From: Candidatus Aminicenantes bacterium UBA6072
GTDB taxonomy: Bacteria; Acidobacteriota; Aminicenantia; UBA2199
DNA: 64,000 nucleotides
Direction: 5' to 3'
Assembly (NCBI GenBank): GCA_002436105.1
Contig: DIXU01000017.1
Span: 26,015 to 90,014 of the forward strand
The notes beneath the pieces were generated by a model. The model was not told the origin of the DNA. It did not search any database and was given only the letters and a program-made list of their open reading frames with translations. Position 1 is the stretch's first letter, and the number at the start of each line of letters is the position of its first letter. This document shows, in pieces, positions 37,521 to 51,205 of the stretch. The position numbers were made by a program, and so were the translations under genes.

Positions 37521-37888
37521 TGCGCCCCGGTTTCCTCCGCAAGCGGCGCCAGGAGCGCCTTCTTCACGGCCGGATCGAATTCACAGGTGAAAGCCTGGAT
37601 TTCCCTGAGGCGCACGGCGAGGATCAGGCAGCCGATGAACCATTCCAGGGCTCGCGGCGGCTTGCGGCAGAAGAACGCCCCCTGCAGCCGCTCGCCGTAT
37701 TGCCGGCAGGCGGCGGCATGGGCGGCGTCGTTGCCGGCGCTGCCGATATCCAGGGGCAGGAGCCGCTCGACCAGGATCGCGAGCCCGATCCGCGTCCCCA
37801 GCAGGAAGCCCGCCCCGCGGTAGCCGGCGGCGCGCAGGACCGCGATGTCCTCCAGCGCCGCCGGCAGCAGTTGCACGTTCATAAGCAA
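37508..37888 (-). CDS. hypothetical protein (126 aa)
   Basis: 13-nt overlap with the AMMECR1 start. Moderately natural composition. No motif recognised. Confidence 0.3.
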   Translation of the reverse strand: MLMNVQLLPAALEDIAVLRAAGYRGAGFLLGTRIGLAILVERLLPLDIGSAGNDAAHAAACRQYGERLQGAFFCRKPPRALEWFIGCLILAVRLREIQAFTCEFDPAVKKALLAPLAEETGAQWRN

Positions 37889-37895
37889 AAACTAG

Positions 37896-38095
37896 CACAA
37901 TTGCTGAAACAAAACAACTGAAAAAGACGTCAGACGTTAGATGTTAGACGTTAGATAAAAGAAGAAAAAATCTTAATGGCCTTTGCGAAATGACACGAAT
38001 TCTTTCTTTTCTAGCTAATCTCTGCCATTAGTTAGCAAATGATTTTTTCTTGCTGACGTCTAACGTCTGACGTCTAACGTCTATTTCTTTTTCAG
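37896..38095. repeat. repeat island F: ~30-bp inverted arms of GACGTTA/TGACGTC heptamers around a ~110-bp AT-rich spacer
   Basis: GACGTCAGACGTTAGATGTTAGACGTTAGAT … GCTGACGTCTAACGTCTGACGTCTAACGTCTA, read directly. Lies between the rarA 3' end and the next gene start. Confidence 0.8.
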
Positions 38096-39382
38096 CTCGT
38101 CCTTGATCTTCTTCCAATAGGCCATGCGCTCGCGGATGTGCTTTTCGAAGCCCATGGAGCCGGGCTGGTAAAAATCCTTCTCCCTGACCCCGTCGGGCAG
38201 GGTCTGGAGCAGCGAGGTCTTTTCGGGCAGGTCATGGGCGTAAACGTACTCCCTGCCCGCCCCCTTGCCGGCGGCGATGAAGTTGTCGGGATTGACGATC
38301 GCCAGCGGCACGGGCAGCATCTTGTACTTCTCGGCGAGCTTCTTCAGCTTGCCGTCGGCCACGTACAGGGCGTTGCTCTTGGGAGCCAGCGCCAGGTAGA
38401 CGGCCGCCTCGCCGAGGAACAGGTCGCCCTCGGGCGAGCCCAGGAACTCGTAGGCCTCCTTGGCGTTGAGGCAGACGCGCAGGGCGTCGGGATCGGCCAG
38501 GCCGATATCCTCCACGGCCATGCGCACCAGGCGCCGCAGGATATACAGCGGGTCCTCGCCCCCCTGCAGCATGCGGTACAGCCAGAACAGGGCGGCATCG
38601 ACGTCGGAGTTGCGCACGCTCTTGTGCAGGGCCGATATGAACTGGTAGCGGTCGTCGCCCGTGCGGTCGTAGCCGGCGACCTTGTTCTGGATGATATCGA
38701 GGACCGCCGCCTCGTCGACGGGCTTCCCCGGCTCGGCCGTCTGGAAAACGATCTCCACCAGGTTGAGCAGGCGGCGGCCGTCGCCGCTGCTGGTGCCGAT
38801 GACCATTGCTTCGGCTTCGGGGGTGAAGCGCAGCTCGACCCGGGCCCGGTCGCGGATGAAGGCCAGGGCCTTTTCCAGGATGCGCCGCAGGTCCGCGGGC
38901 TGAAGCGGGAACAGTTCCAGGATCTTCAGCCGCGACAGCAACGCGCGGTTGATCTTGTAGGCCGGGTTCTCGGTGGTCGTGCCCAGCAGGATGACGTCGC
39001 CGCGCTCGACATAGGGCAGGAAGGCGTCCTGCACGCTGCGGTTGAAATGGTGGATCTCGTCAACGAACAGCGCCAGGGGCTGCTTCGTTCCCAGGCGCGG
39101 CGTCTTGGCGCCGGCCATCATCTTCTTGATCTCGGCGATGCCCGAGACCGTGGCCGAGAACTCGGTCGACGGGTAGCCGGCCTCGCGCACCAGGATGCGC
39201 GCCAGCGTGGTCTTGCCCGTCCCCGGCGGCCCCCAGAGGATCATCGAGGCGAGGTTGCGGCCCTGCGCCAGGGCCTGGATGACCTTCTGCCGCCCGGTCA
39301 GGTGCTCCTGGCCGATGAACTCGGAGAGTTGCTGCGGCCGCAGCCGGTCGGCCAGGGGGAATATGTCGCTGCGCGGATCCAT
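38081..39382 (-). CDS. rarA: replication-associated recombination protein A (RarA/MgsA AAA+ ATPase)
   Basis: LRPQQLSEFIGQEHL…ILWGPPGTGKTTLA, sensor motifs and a C-terminal MgsA domain. Confidence 0.9.
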   Translation of the reverse strand: MDPRSDIFPLADRLRPQQLSEFIGQEHLTGRQKVIQALAQGRNLASMILWGPPGTGKTTLARILVREAGYPSTEFSATVSGIAEIKKMMAGAKTPRLGTKQPLALFVDEIHHFNRSVQDAFLPYVERGDVILLGTTTENPAYKINRALLSRLKILELFPLQPADLRRILEKALAFIRDRARVELRFTPEAEAMVIGTSSGDGRRLLNLVEIVFQTAEPGKPVDEAAVLDIIQNKVAGYDRTGDDRYQFISALHKSVRNSDVDAALFWLYRMLQGGEDPLYILRRLVRMAVEDIGLADPDALRVCLNAKEAYEFLGSPEGDLFLGEAAVYLALAPKSNALYVADGKLKKLAEKYKMLPVPLAIVNPDNFIAAGKGAGREYVYAHDLPEKTSLLQTLPDGVREKDFYQPGSMGFEKHIRERMAYWKKIKDELKKK

Positions 39383-39397
39383 GGCTCGCGGACGGAC

Positions 39398-40351
39398 TTA
39401 GGGGTGGCGGTTCAGGATCATGGCCGCCAGCAGCGGCACCAGGATCTCGTGCGGGCCGACGAAATAGAAGCCCTTGCCGCCGCGGGCCGTCGGCCGCCGG
39501 CAGACGTTCTCCTGGGGCCGGTAGAGGCGCTGGAAATCGAATACGGCGGTGTGGAATTGCTGCAGCGCGATCCCCTGGGCGGCGCAATAGGAGACGGCCT
39601 TGAGGAACACCTCGGGCAGGATGACCGCCGAGCCGATGTTGAGGAAGACGCCGCCGTCGCCCAGCTCGGAAACGATCGAGGCCAGCAGCTGGAAATCGCG
39701 CTCGGCCAGGGCGCCGCTGACCTCGCCGGAGAACATCGGGTGGTAATGGATGAAATCGGTGCCGATGGCCGGGTGGATGGTCACCGGGATGTTCAGCCGG
39801 TAGGCGTTGAAGAGCACGCTGTCCTCCAGGTGGGGGAACTGGGCCTGGATCAGGTAGTGCCCCACCGCCTCGCCGGCGCCCATGCCCTGCGACAGCCCGT
39901 CCTTCAGGGCCAGGTTCAGGAAGAGCCCCGTTTCTTCGGTATTGCCGTAGGTGCCCTGCAGCAGGTTGCCGTCGACGTCCTCGGAGGTGTGGCCGGCCAG
40001 GGCGAGCTCGAAGTCGTGGATCATCATGGCGCCGTTGCTGGCGATGGCCGACACCCAGCCGCGCTGCATCAGGTCGACGAGCAGCGGCCCCAGGCCCAGC
40101 TTGACCACGTGGGCGCCCATGGCCCAGATGATCGGCCGGTTCTTCTTCCTGGCCTGTCCCAGCAGGTCCACCAGCTCGCGCAGGTCGCGGGCGGCCAGGT
40201 AGGGGGGCAGGGAGTCCAGGAACTGGCGGAAGTCGGCGCCGGGCAGGCAGGGCCTGGGAAAATCCTTCAAATGGACCAGGGAATGCCGCTCCTTGATGGA
40301 GACGGTCTTCATCTTCCTGCGCTCCAGCGGCCGGTATTTCGGGTAGGGCAT
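39398..40351 (-). CDS. deoxyhypusine-synthase-like (DHS fold) protein, function unknown
   Basis: By-eye alignment of LMQRGWVSAIASNGAMMIHDFELAL to the DHS segment [25 protein letters not shown]. Catalytic-Lys context not confirmed. ATGA-coupled to pgsA. Confidence 0.35.
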   Translation of the reverse strand: MPYPKYRPLERRKMKTVSIKERHSLVHLKDFPRPCLPGADFRQFLDSLPPYLAARDLRELVDLLGQARKKNRPIIWAMGAHVVKLGLGPLLVDLMQRGWVSAIASNGAMMIHDFELALAGHTSEDVDGNLLQGTYGNTEETGLFLNLALKDGLSQGMGAGEAVGHYLIQAQFPHLEDSVLFNAYRLNIPVTIHPAIGTDFIHYHPMFSGEVSGALAERDFQLLASIVSELGDGGVFLNIGSAVILPEVFLKAVSYCAAQGIALQQFHTAVFDFQRLYRPQENVCRRPTARGGKGFYFVGPHEILVPLLAAMILNRHP

Positions 40352-40353
40352 GG

Positions 40354-40899
40354 CTATTTCCTGACGGGGCGGCTGAGGCGGATGATGTACTCGACGCCGC
40401 TGTAGACGGTCAGGAAAACGGCGATGTAGAGGATCGCATTCCCCAGCAGCCGCAAGTGGTCCGCGAACGGCAGCTTGCGGTGGATGATCAGGATGGCCAG
40501 GGCGATGATCTGGAAGGTGGTCTTGAGCTTGGCCGGCAGCGAGGCCGAGAAGGAGGCGTTATTGACCAGGTAGTAGAAGCGGAAGACCGAGATGAACAGC
40601 TCGCGCAGGATGATGATCGCCGCCACCCAGGTCGCCACCTCCTGCAGGTAGACCAGGGCGATCAGCGCCGCCGCGACCAGCAGCTTGTCGGCCAGGGGGT
40701 CGAGGAACTTGCCCAGGTCGCTGACCTGGTCGTACTTGCGGGCGACATAGCCGTCGATGGCATCGGTCACCGCGGCGATGACGAACACGGCGAAGGCGAT
40801 GATCTCCTTGTTCTCCATCTCGGTCAGCAGGATGACCAGCACGAAGGGGACCATGATGATGCGGATGATGGTGATGATGTTGGCCTTTGTCATATGCAC
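40354..40899 (-). CDS. pgsA: CDP-diacylglycerol--glycerol-3-phosphate 3-phosphatidyltransferase
   Basis: CDP-alcohol phosphatidyltransferase motif DAIDGYVARK…G…LDPLADK. 181 aa, 4-5 TM. Confidence 0.8.
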   Translation of the reverse strand: MHMTKANIITIIRIIMVPFVLVILLTEMENKEIIAFAVFVIAAVTDAIDGYVARKYDQVSDLGKFLDPLADKLLVAAALIALVYLQEVATWVAAIIILRELFISVFRFYYLVNNASFSASLPAKLKTTFQIIALAILIIHRKLPFADHLRLLGNAILYIAVFLTVYSGVEYIIRLSRPVRK

Positions 40900-40954
40900 C
40901 CCGGGCTATTGTACCGCGCGCCCGGGCGAATTGCAAACCGGGCGCGTTCGCCGC

Positions 40955-41575
40955 TCACAGGCCGAAGGGCTCGGTTGCGCCGGCGCCGGCGCGCAGCAGC
41001 ACGGGCGCCGGGCCGCTCAGGTCGATGATCGTGGACGGCACGTTGGCCAGCACGCCGGCATCCAGGACCAGGTCGATGTCATGCCGGAACGTGGCGGCGA
41101 TCTCCTGCGGGTCGGTGAAGTAGTCGTTTTCGCCCTGGGGCACCGAGGTGGAGAGCAGCGGCCGCCCCAGCTCGTGCGCCAGGCCCAGGGCCACCGCCGA
41201 GTCGGGGATGCGCACGCCGACCGTCGGCCGCTTCTGCAGCAGGATCTTGGGCACCTGCTTGCTGGCGCGCAGGACGAAGGTGTACTTGCCCGGCGTGACC
41301 CGGCGCAGGATGCGGTAGGAGCTCGTGGGCAGGTAGGCCCAGTCGGCCACGGCGGCCAGGTCGGGGCAGATGAAGCTGAGCAGCTTCTGCGCGGAGGCCT
41401 GCTTCAGCTTGAAGATGCGCGCCATGGCCCCCTTGTTGAACAGGTCGGCGCCCAGCCCGTAAATGGTGTCGGTCGGGTAGACGATCAGGCCGCCGCCCTC
41501 CAGGACGCGCGCGGCATGCTGCAGCAGCCGGCGGTGCGGATGCTCCAGGTCGATGTGCTGGATGTCGACGGCCAT
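40955..41575 (-). CDS. tsaC: L-threonylcarbamoyladenylate synthase (TsaC/YrdC)
   Basis: YrdC motif LIVYPTDTIYGLGAD. ~206 aa. Confidence 0.8.
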   Translation of the reverse strand: MAVDIQHIDLEHPHRRLLQHAARVLEGGGLIVYPTDTIYGLGADLFNKGAMARIFKLKQASAQKLLSFICPDLAAVADWAYLPTSSYRILRRVTPGKYTFVLRASKQVPKILLQKRPTVGVRIPDSAVALGLAHELGRPLLSTSVPQGENDYFTDPQEIAATFRHDIDLVLDAGVLANVPSTIIDLSGPAPVLLRAGAGATEPFGL

Positions 41576-41603
41576 GACGCCCGCTCCTTCTGCGCCGGCG
41601 GTC

Positions 41604-45137
<3,534 letters not shown>

Positions 45138-45330
45138 GATGGTTGTTCTCCTTTGTTGTTCGGGAAAAGCCCGGGAAACTCGTGCCATGGAACCCCGGCG
45201 GCCCTTCCGGGAAAAATCAAGAAAAATGGTAACATACTATTGCAAAGGCTGTCAAATGGCCATGCCGGTGCCGAAAGCAACCGGCGGAGACGCCCAGCCG
45301 TTGGCGGGCAGCAAAAAGGCGGACGGTTTC

Positions 45331-46500
45331 TCAAGCGCGGCGGAACAGGCGCTTCAGGAACCCGATGATGCCCTTTCCTGATTTTCTCCGCGAAGAGCCG
45401 CCGCCGCCATCCAGGGCCCTGAGGATCGCTTCGGCGTCCACCTGCCGCGTCACCATCTCGATGATCGAGGCGATCTTTTCATTTTCATCGGGTTCCGTTT
45501 TGAACAGGCGGCGGGAAAGTTTCAGCGCTGATCCCTCCAGGCTGCTCTCGGTGAAGTAGAGCGGTATCCCCGCCGCGCTGCAGGCGGCCTGCCGCCGATG
45601 ATCCGGAGCTCCCCCGCAGGCCACCATGACCGGGGGGCAGGGCCCTCCCGAGAGCCGCGACACGATCACGGCGTCCATCACATCGGGCCGGGTATGGCTC
45701 ACCAGCAGGGCCTTGCCCGCCTCGGATTCCAGTTTCCTGAGTACTTCCTCCGAAGAATCAAAGGCCGCGATGAATCCCGAGCCGCCGCCTGCGGGGGCGG
45801 CGGCGGAGCTGAAGAGGGGCGAGGCGCCGATCTCCCGGGTGATCGTGGCGATGGACGGCCGGGCGATCCGCTCCTCGAAGGGAAGTATGCCGAAGACGGG
45901 GATGCCCTGGCCGCCGAACCACATTCGCAGTACCGGGGCCACGGCCTCCATTTTGGCAGGGAGCACCCGGTTGATCACCACTCCGAGCAGGGGAACGCCA
46001 TGAGTTCTGAACAGCGCCTGGCAGAGGCAGAAACTGTCGATGGTGCTTCCCACTCCCCCATCCAGGACGAGCACGACCGGGATCCCCAGCCCGGAGGCCA
46101 CCCTGGCGTTTCCCAGGTCGAAAACCGACCCGACACCCGGGTGACCGGTTCCCTCCACCAGAACCAGGCCGCTGTTCTTCAGATAGTTCTTGAAAGACCG
46201 CTTCACGGCGTCCCGCATGCCGCGCGGCTCGCCGGTTCTCACATATCTCTCGGCAGCGCCCCGGGATGCCAGCAAAGGGGTCGATTCCATGTGGGAAAAG
46301 GAAAGCCCGAGGGCCTTGGAGATGAACCAGGCATCCTGTCCCACCGATTCGCCGTCGACCACCGTGATCTTCTGCCCCAGGGGCTTGAAGAAGGACACGC
46401 CGCCCTCGACCAGGTTGTTGAAGACTTCGGCGAGGCCCAGGCAGAGTGTCGTCTTCCCCGCGTCCTTGCCCGCACCCGCGATGTAGATCCCCCGGCTCAT
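45331..46500 (-). CDS. Pta-N-terminal-like protein (BioD-like P-loop domain plus DRTGG domain)
   Basis: GIYIAGAGKDAGKTTLCLGL P-loop. DRTGG-like segment LLVSHTRPDVMDAVIVSRLSGG. No acetyltransferase C-terminal domain. Confidence 0.55.
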   Translation of the reverse strand: MSRGIYIAGAGKDAGKTTLCLGLAEVFNNLVEGGVSFFKPLGQKITVVDGESVGQDAWFISKALGLSFSHMESTPLLASRGAAERYVRTGEPRGMRDAVKRSFKNYLKNSGLVLVEGTGHPGVGSVFDLGNARVASGLGIPVVLVLDGGVGSTIDSFCLCQALFRTHGVPLLGVVINRVLPAKMEAVAPVLRMWFGGQGIPVFGILPFEERIARPSIATITREIGASPLFSSAAAPAGGGSGFIAAFDSSEEVLRKLESEAGKALLVSHTRPDVMDAVIVSRLSGGPCPPVMVACGGAPDHRRQAACSAAGIPLYFTESSLEGSALKLSRRLFKTEPDENEKIASIIEMVTRQVDAEAILRALDGGGGSSRRKSGKGIIGFLKRLFRRA

Positions 46501-46700
46501 GCGCCGCCCGCGTCAGGGGAACCTTCACTGAACCTGGCGACAAGAGCGGAGGAACCGCTCCCGGTGCCGGCGATCGGACCGCAACGGCCGGCCATCCGGA
46601 ACGGCAGAAACGGCCACTTTTCGCCATGGGTGATCTCCAGGGTTTCGGCCATGAGGCACCTCCAGGACCCGATTCTAGCGCAAAAATCGGACTCCGGCAA
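46497..46700 (-). CDS. possible small ORF (67 aa), doubtful
   Basis: ATGA overlap with the downstream gene is the only support. Gly/Ser/Ala-rich composition. Confidence 0.2.
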   Translation of the reverse strand: MPESDFCARIGSWRCLMAETLEITHGEKWPFLPFRMAGRCGPIAGTGSGSSALVARFSEGSPDAGGA

Positions 46701-46733
46701 ACAGCCGGGAACTCTCCTCCACGGGCAAGGCGC

Positions 46734-49700
46734 CTATGACCGGACTTTGTCTTTTTTTCCCTCGAACAGCGAATAGACGACGGGAATGACGACCAGTGTG
46801 ATCAGGGCCGAGCTCAGCAGGCCGCCGACCACGGCGCGGGCCATGGGCGCCTGGGCCTCACTGCCCTCGGAGATGCCGATGGCCAGCGGCAGCATGGCCA
46901 GGATGGTGGTCGAGGCGGTCATCAGGATGGGGCGCAGGCGCCGCCGCCCCGCCTCCTCGATGGCCTCGCGCACCCCCAGCTTGTCGCGGCGGCGCAGCAG
47001 GTTGGTATGGTCCACCAGCAGGATGGCGTTGTTGACCACGATGCCGCCCAGCATGATGCAGCCGATGTAGGACTGCATGTTGAAGGTGGTGCCGGTGATC
47101 AGCAGCATCCAGATGACGCCGATGACGGCCAGCGGCACCGAGAACATGACGATGAACGGATCGCGCACCGACTCGAACTGCATGGCCATGATCATGTAGA
47201 CCAGCATCAGGGCCAGGAGGATGCTGACCAGCAGCTCGCGAAAGGCCTTCCGCTGCTCCTCGTAGTCGCCGGTGAAGGTGACGGAGAATTCGCGGGGCAC
47301 GGGGACGCGGCGCAGGCCGGAGCGGATGTCGGCCAGGACGGAACCGAGGTCGCGCCCCTCGATGTCGCCGGAGATGGTCAGCACGCGCTCTCGGTCGCGG
47401 CGCTCGATGCGCTGCGGGCCGCTGCGCGCCTTGACGCTGACGACGTTGCGCAGGCTGACCGGCTGGCCGTCGCTGTTGGTCAGCGTCAGATCGAGGATGT
47501 CGTCCATGGTCATTTGCTCGGCGTCCTTGACCTTGACCAGGATGCGGTACTCCTTGCCGCTCTCGCGGAACGTGCTGGCCTGGGTGCCGGAGAGCACGGT
47601 CTCGAGGGTGCCGCCGATCCGGCTCACCGAGAGTTTCATGTCGGCGGCCGCGTGGCGGTCGATGACCAGCAGTTCCTCGGGCTTGCCCAGGTCGCGGCTG
47701 AGGCGGACGTCGGAGACCCCGGGTACGCCCTCGACGACCCTTTTCACCTGCTGTCCCAGGGCGTCGCTCTTCTCCAGGTCGAAGCCGCGCACCTCCACCT
47801 GGACGCGCTCCTCGCCGCCGCCGCCGCGCATGAGGAAGAAGCCGCCGCCGGCGCGGGCGCGGATGACGGTGCCCGGAATGCCCTGCAAATGGCGACGCAG
47901 GCCCATGGCGACCTCCTCGCTCGAGCGCGAGCGCCGGCCGCGCGGAACCAGCTTGATGGTGAGGTCGCCGGTATGCGAGCCCGAGCGCCAGCCGCCGCCG
48001 CCGAAGCTTTCCTCGAGGCTGACCATCTCCGGCACCTGGCGGCGCACGATGGCGGCGATCTCCCGGAACTTTTCATCCAGGACCGCCAGGCGCGTGCCGA
48101 CCTCCATCTCGACGCTGAGGCGCACCTCGCCCTCGTCGGTGGCCGGCATGAACTCGCTGCCCACCAGGCCGACCAGGGCGATGCTGCCCAGCAGCAGCAG
48201 GGCCACCGCTCCCAGCACCTTCGGCCGGTGGTCGAGGGCCCAGTGCAGCAGTCGCTTGTAGCCGCCCTCGAGCCGGGTGAAGAAGACCTGTATGGAGGCG
48301 ACCGTCCGTACTTTCCATCTTTCCAGCTTCGAGCGCGGGGGCTGCGGCGCGCCCAGGAAACGGCTGGAGAGCATGGGCACCAGGGTGAGGGCGACGACCA
48401 GCGAACAGATCAGGGAGAAGCTGACCACGAAGGCCAGCTGCTTGAACATGATGCCGGCGATGCCGCGCACGAAGACCATGGGCATGAACACGGCCAGCGT
48501 GGTCAGCGTGCTGGCGATGACCGCCGCCCCGACTTCGTGGGCCCCGTCCAGCGCCGCCTGCATCGGCGGCGCGCCGCCGTCCCTCAGGCGCACGATGTTC
48601 TCCAGCACGACGATGGCGTTGTCGACCAGCATGCCGATGCCCAGCGCCAGCCCGCCCAGGGTCATGATGTTCAGGGTGAAGCCGTTGAAGTAGATCAGGG
48701 CGAAGGTGGCGATGATCGAGACGGGGATGGCGGTGGCGATGACCAGGGTGCTGCGGATGCTGCCCAGAAACACAAGGAGGACGAGAACGGCCAGCAGGCC
48801 GCCGTAGAGGGCGGTGGTGCTGACGTTGCCCATGGCCCGCTTGATGTACTCCGAGCTGTCGCGCACGGGGATGAGCTGGATCTGCGGCCGGTCCTCGCGG
48901 ATCCTTTCAAGCTCCCTGAGAACGCCGGCGGCCACCTGGACGGTGTTCTTTCCCGACTGCTTGTAGATGGCCAGGCGGGTGCCGGGGATACCGTTGACGC
49001 GGACGACGCGCGTGATCTTGCGGTGGGTGTCGATGATCTCGGCGATCTCCTTCAGGCGCACGGGGACGCCGCCGCGCACGGCCACGACCGTGTCGCGGAT
49101 CTCGTCCAGGTGGGCGAATACGCCGGGGATGCGCACCAGGATCTCGTAGTTGCCGCGCTCGATGACCCCGGCGGGAAGGTCGACGTTGCCCTCGCGGATG
49201 CCGCTGATGATCAGGTCCAGCGGCAGCCCCAGCGCCTTGATCTTGTCCACGTCGAGGTTGACCTGGATCTCGCGCTCGTGGCCGCCCCAGACGTCGACCG
49301 AGGCCACGCCGGGGACGCGCTCAAGGCGGTAGAGGATCTGCTCGTCGATGATGCGCCGCGTCTGGATGGGATCCAGGTTGCTGAGGGCGCCGACCAGCAG
49401 GATGGGCATCATGGCCGGGTCGAACTTGCGCAGCATCGGACGTTCGACGTCGTCGGGCAGGCGCCCGATGACGCGGTCGAGGCGCTCGCGCACGTCGTCG
49501 GCGGCGGCGTCCAGGTCGACGCCCCAGTCGAACATGACGCGCACGCTGCTGCTGCCCTCGGAGGATACGGAATACACCTCCTCCACGCCGGGCACGGCGC
49601 TCATGGCCTCCTCGATCGGCCGGGTGATGATCTGCTCGATCTCTTCCGGCCCGGTGTTCTCGTAGCTGGTCATAATGGCCAGGGTGGGAAAAGTGATCTC

Positions 49701-49814
49701 GGGCATGAGGTCGATCGGCAAACGGCTGACCGCCACCAGGCCGATGGCCACGATGGCCAGGGTGAGCATGACGGTGAAAACGGGCCGGCGGATGGAAAAC
49801 CCGGAAATGTTCAT
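46734..49814 (-). CDS. RND efflux transporter permease (AcrB/HAE1 family)
   Basis: 1026 aa. 12-TM RND architecture. N-terminus [22 protein letters not shown]…. Confidence 0.9.
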   Translation of the reverse strand: MNISGFSIRRPVFTVMLTLAIVAIGLVAVSRLPIDLMPEITFPTLAIMTSYENTGPEEIEQIITRPIEEAMSAVPGVEEVYSVSSEGSSSVRVMFDWGVDLDAAADDVRERLDRVIGRLPDDVERPMLRKFDPAMMPILLVGALSNLDPIQTRRIIDEQILYRLERVPGVASVDVWGGHEREIQVNLDVDKIKALGLPLDLIISGIREGNVDLPAGVIERGNYEILVRIPGVFAHLDEIRDTVVAVRGGVPVRLKEIAEIIDTHRKITRVVRVNGIPGTRLAIYKQSGKNTVQVAAGVLRELERIREDRPQIQLIPVRDSSEYIKRAMGNVSTTALYGGLLAVLVLLVFLGSIRSTLVIATAIPVSIIATFALIYFNGFTLNIMTLGGLALGIGMLVDNAIVVLENIVRLRDGGAPPMQAALDGAHEVGAAVIASTLTTLAVFMPMVFVRGIAGIMFKQLAFVVSFSLICSLVVALTLVPMLSSRFLGAPQPPRSKLERWKVRTVASIQVFFTRLEGGYKRLLHWALDHRPKVLGAVALLLLGSIALVGLVGSEFMPATDEGEVRLSVEMEVGTRLAVLDEKFREIAAIVRRQVPEMVSLEESFGGGGWRSGSHTGDLTIKLVPRGRRSRSSEEVAMGLRRHLQGIPGTVIRARAGGGFFLMRGGGGEERVQVEVRGFDLEKSDALGQQVKRVVEGVPGVSDVRLSRDLGKPEELLVIDRHAAADMKLSVSRIGGTLETVLSGTQASTFRESGKEYRILVKVKDAEQMTMDDILDLTLTNSDGQPVSLRNVVSVKARSGPQRIERRDRERVLTISGDIEGRDLGSVLADIRSGLRRVPVPREFSVTFTGDYEEQRKAFRELLVSILLALMLVYMIMAMQFESVRDPFIVMFSVPLAVIGVIWMLLITGTTFNMQSYIGCIMLGGIVVNNAILLVDHTNLLRRRDKLGVREAIEEAGRRRLRPILMTASTTILAMLPLAIGISEGSEAQAPMARAVVGGLLSSALITLVVIPVVYSLFEGKKDKVRS

Positions 49815-51034
49815 TTGCCGCCTCCGGCTTTTTTGCCCGCCGCGGCGGGCGGCTTGCCGTTTTTCGCTTCCGGCAGAATGATCCGGCCCTCGGCCTCGAG
49901 CAGGTAATGCCCCAGGACGACGACGCGACCGGAAATGTCCCTGGGCTCCAGGACCTCCACCCGGCCCGACTCCACGATGCCGGTGCGCACGGGAAGGAAG
50001 CGCGCCATCTGGCTGTCTTCACTGACCAAGAAGATCCCTTCCTGCCCGCCCCGCTTGGCCAGGGCGTTGTAGGGGACGACCGTGACGCCGCTGCGGCGGG
50101 CGAATTCGATCTCGACCGTGACGAACATGCCGGGCTTGAGCAGGCGCTCGGGGTTATCGACCTCGATCTCCACCCGCGCCTGGCGCGATGCCTCCTGCAG
50201 CAGCGGGGCGATGCGCACGATGCGTCCGGAGAAGTTCTTGCCGGGGAAGGCGCTGCCGCTGACCGCCGCCGGCTGCCCGGTCTTCAGGCGGAAGTACTCG
50301 CGGTCGGTGACGTGGATGACGGCCGTGATCGGCTGCAGCTCGATCACGGAAAGGATGGGCGTGTTGGCCGCCAGCAGCGCCCCCTCGTCGGCGAAGCGCT
50401 CGCCGACGTAACGCACCGGCCGGCCGCGCTCCCAGGTCGCGGCGATGCGGGTGTAGGAAAGACGCACCCGGGCGCTTTCGAGCGCCGCCTCGCGGTTGGC
50501 CACCTGGGCCTCGGCCACGTGGAAACGGGCCTTCTGCGACTCATGGGCGGAGGTCACCTGGTCCAGCTGGGCGTCGCTTTGGATGCCGCTCTGGTGCAGG
50601 GCGCGCGCCCGCTCCAGGTTCCTCTCGGCCATGATCAGGGAGCTGCGCGCCTCCTCCAGGTTGGCCTTGGCCACGCGCAGGTCGGCCTCGGCCTGGAGTA
50701 CCTGCTGGCGGTACTCGTCATCATCGATCACGGCGAGCAGCTGGCCGCTGCGCACCGGGTCGCCGATATCGACCAGCAGGCGGTTCAGGCGGCCGGCGAT
50801 CTTGGGGGAGACGGTGACGTTGGTCTTGGCCGTCATCGTGCCGGTGTAGCTTCCCAGGTCGCGCAGGGCGCCGCGTGTGATCGGGGCGACCTCGACGGCC
50901 ACGGCAACGCCGCCGAAGCCCGGCCCGCCCGCGCTACTTTTTGCCTTCTGGTAGATCTTCCAGCCCAGAAAGACCGCGACCAGCGCGGCGGCGATGATCC
51001 ATTTCGTGTTCCTGCGCAAAAATATTTTTTTCAT
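49811..51034 (-). CDS. RND periplasmic adaptor (membrane fusion protein, AcrA/HlyD family)
   Basis: 407 aa. N-terminal TM anchor plus coiled-coil, lipoyl and beta-barrel segments. ATGA-coupled to the RND permease. Confidence 0.85.
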   Translation of the reverse strand: MKKIFLRRNTKWIIAAALVAVFLGWKIYQKAKSSAGGPGFGGVAVAVEVAPITRGALRDLGSYTGTMTAKTNVTVSPKIAGRLNRLLVDIGDPVRSGQLLAVIDDDEYRQQVLQAEADLRVAKANLEEARSSLIMAERNLERARALHQSGIQSDAQLDQVTSAHESQKARFHVAEAQVANREAALESARVRLSYTRIAATWERGRPVRYVGERFADEGALLAANTPILSVIELQPITAVIHVTDREYFRLKTGQPAAVSGSAFPGKNFSGRIVRIAPLLQEASRQARVEIEVDNPERLLKPGMFVTVEIEFARRSGVTVVPYNALAKRGGQEGIFLVSEDSQMARFLPVRTGIVESGRVEVLEPRDISGRVVVLGHYLLEAEGRIILPEAKNGKPPAAAGKKAGGGK

Positions 51035-51143
51035 GCTGATTTCCCTGCCTGCCCGCTACCGGCCGGAACGGCATGCCGGAGCACCCGGTGCGGCGCTGTC
51101 TGCGTGAGCTCTATGTACGGAAAATAAACCAAAAAGGTTATGC

Positions 51144-51188
51144 TGTCAACCGCTGCCGGTTGACAAAACGGGCGGCAAAGCCGAGAAT
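51144..51188 (+). promoter_or_regulatory. perfect 9-4-9 palindrome TGTCAACCG-ctgc-CGGTTGACA overlapping a TTGACA-17-GAGAAT promoter
   Basis: Palindrome 51144-51165. Its right arm is the -35 (51160-51165), with -10 GAGAAT at 51183-51188, 18 nt before the PAP2 ATG. Lies in the divergent region with the RND operon. Confidence 0.4.
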
Positions 51189-51205
51189 GGCGAAAAAACA
51201 GCGAG

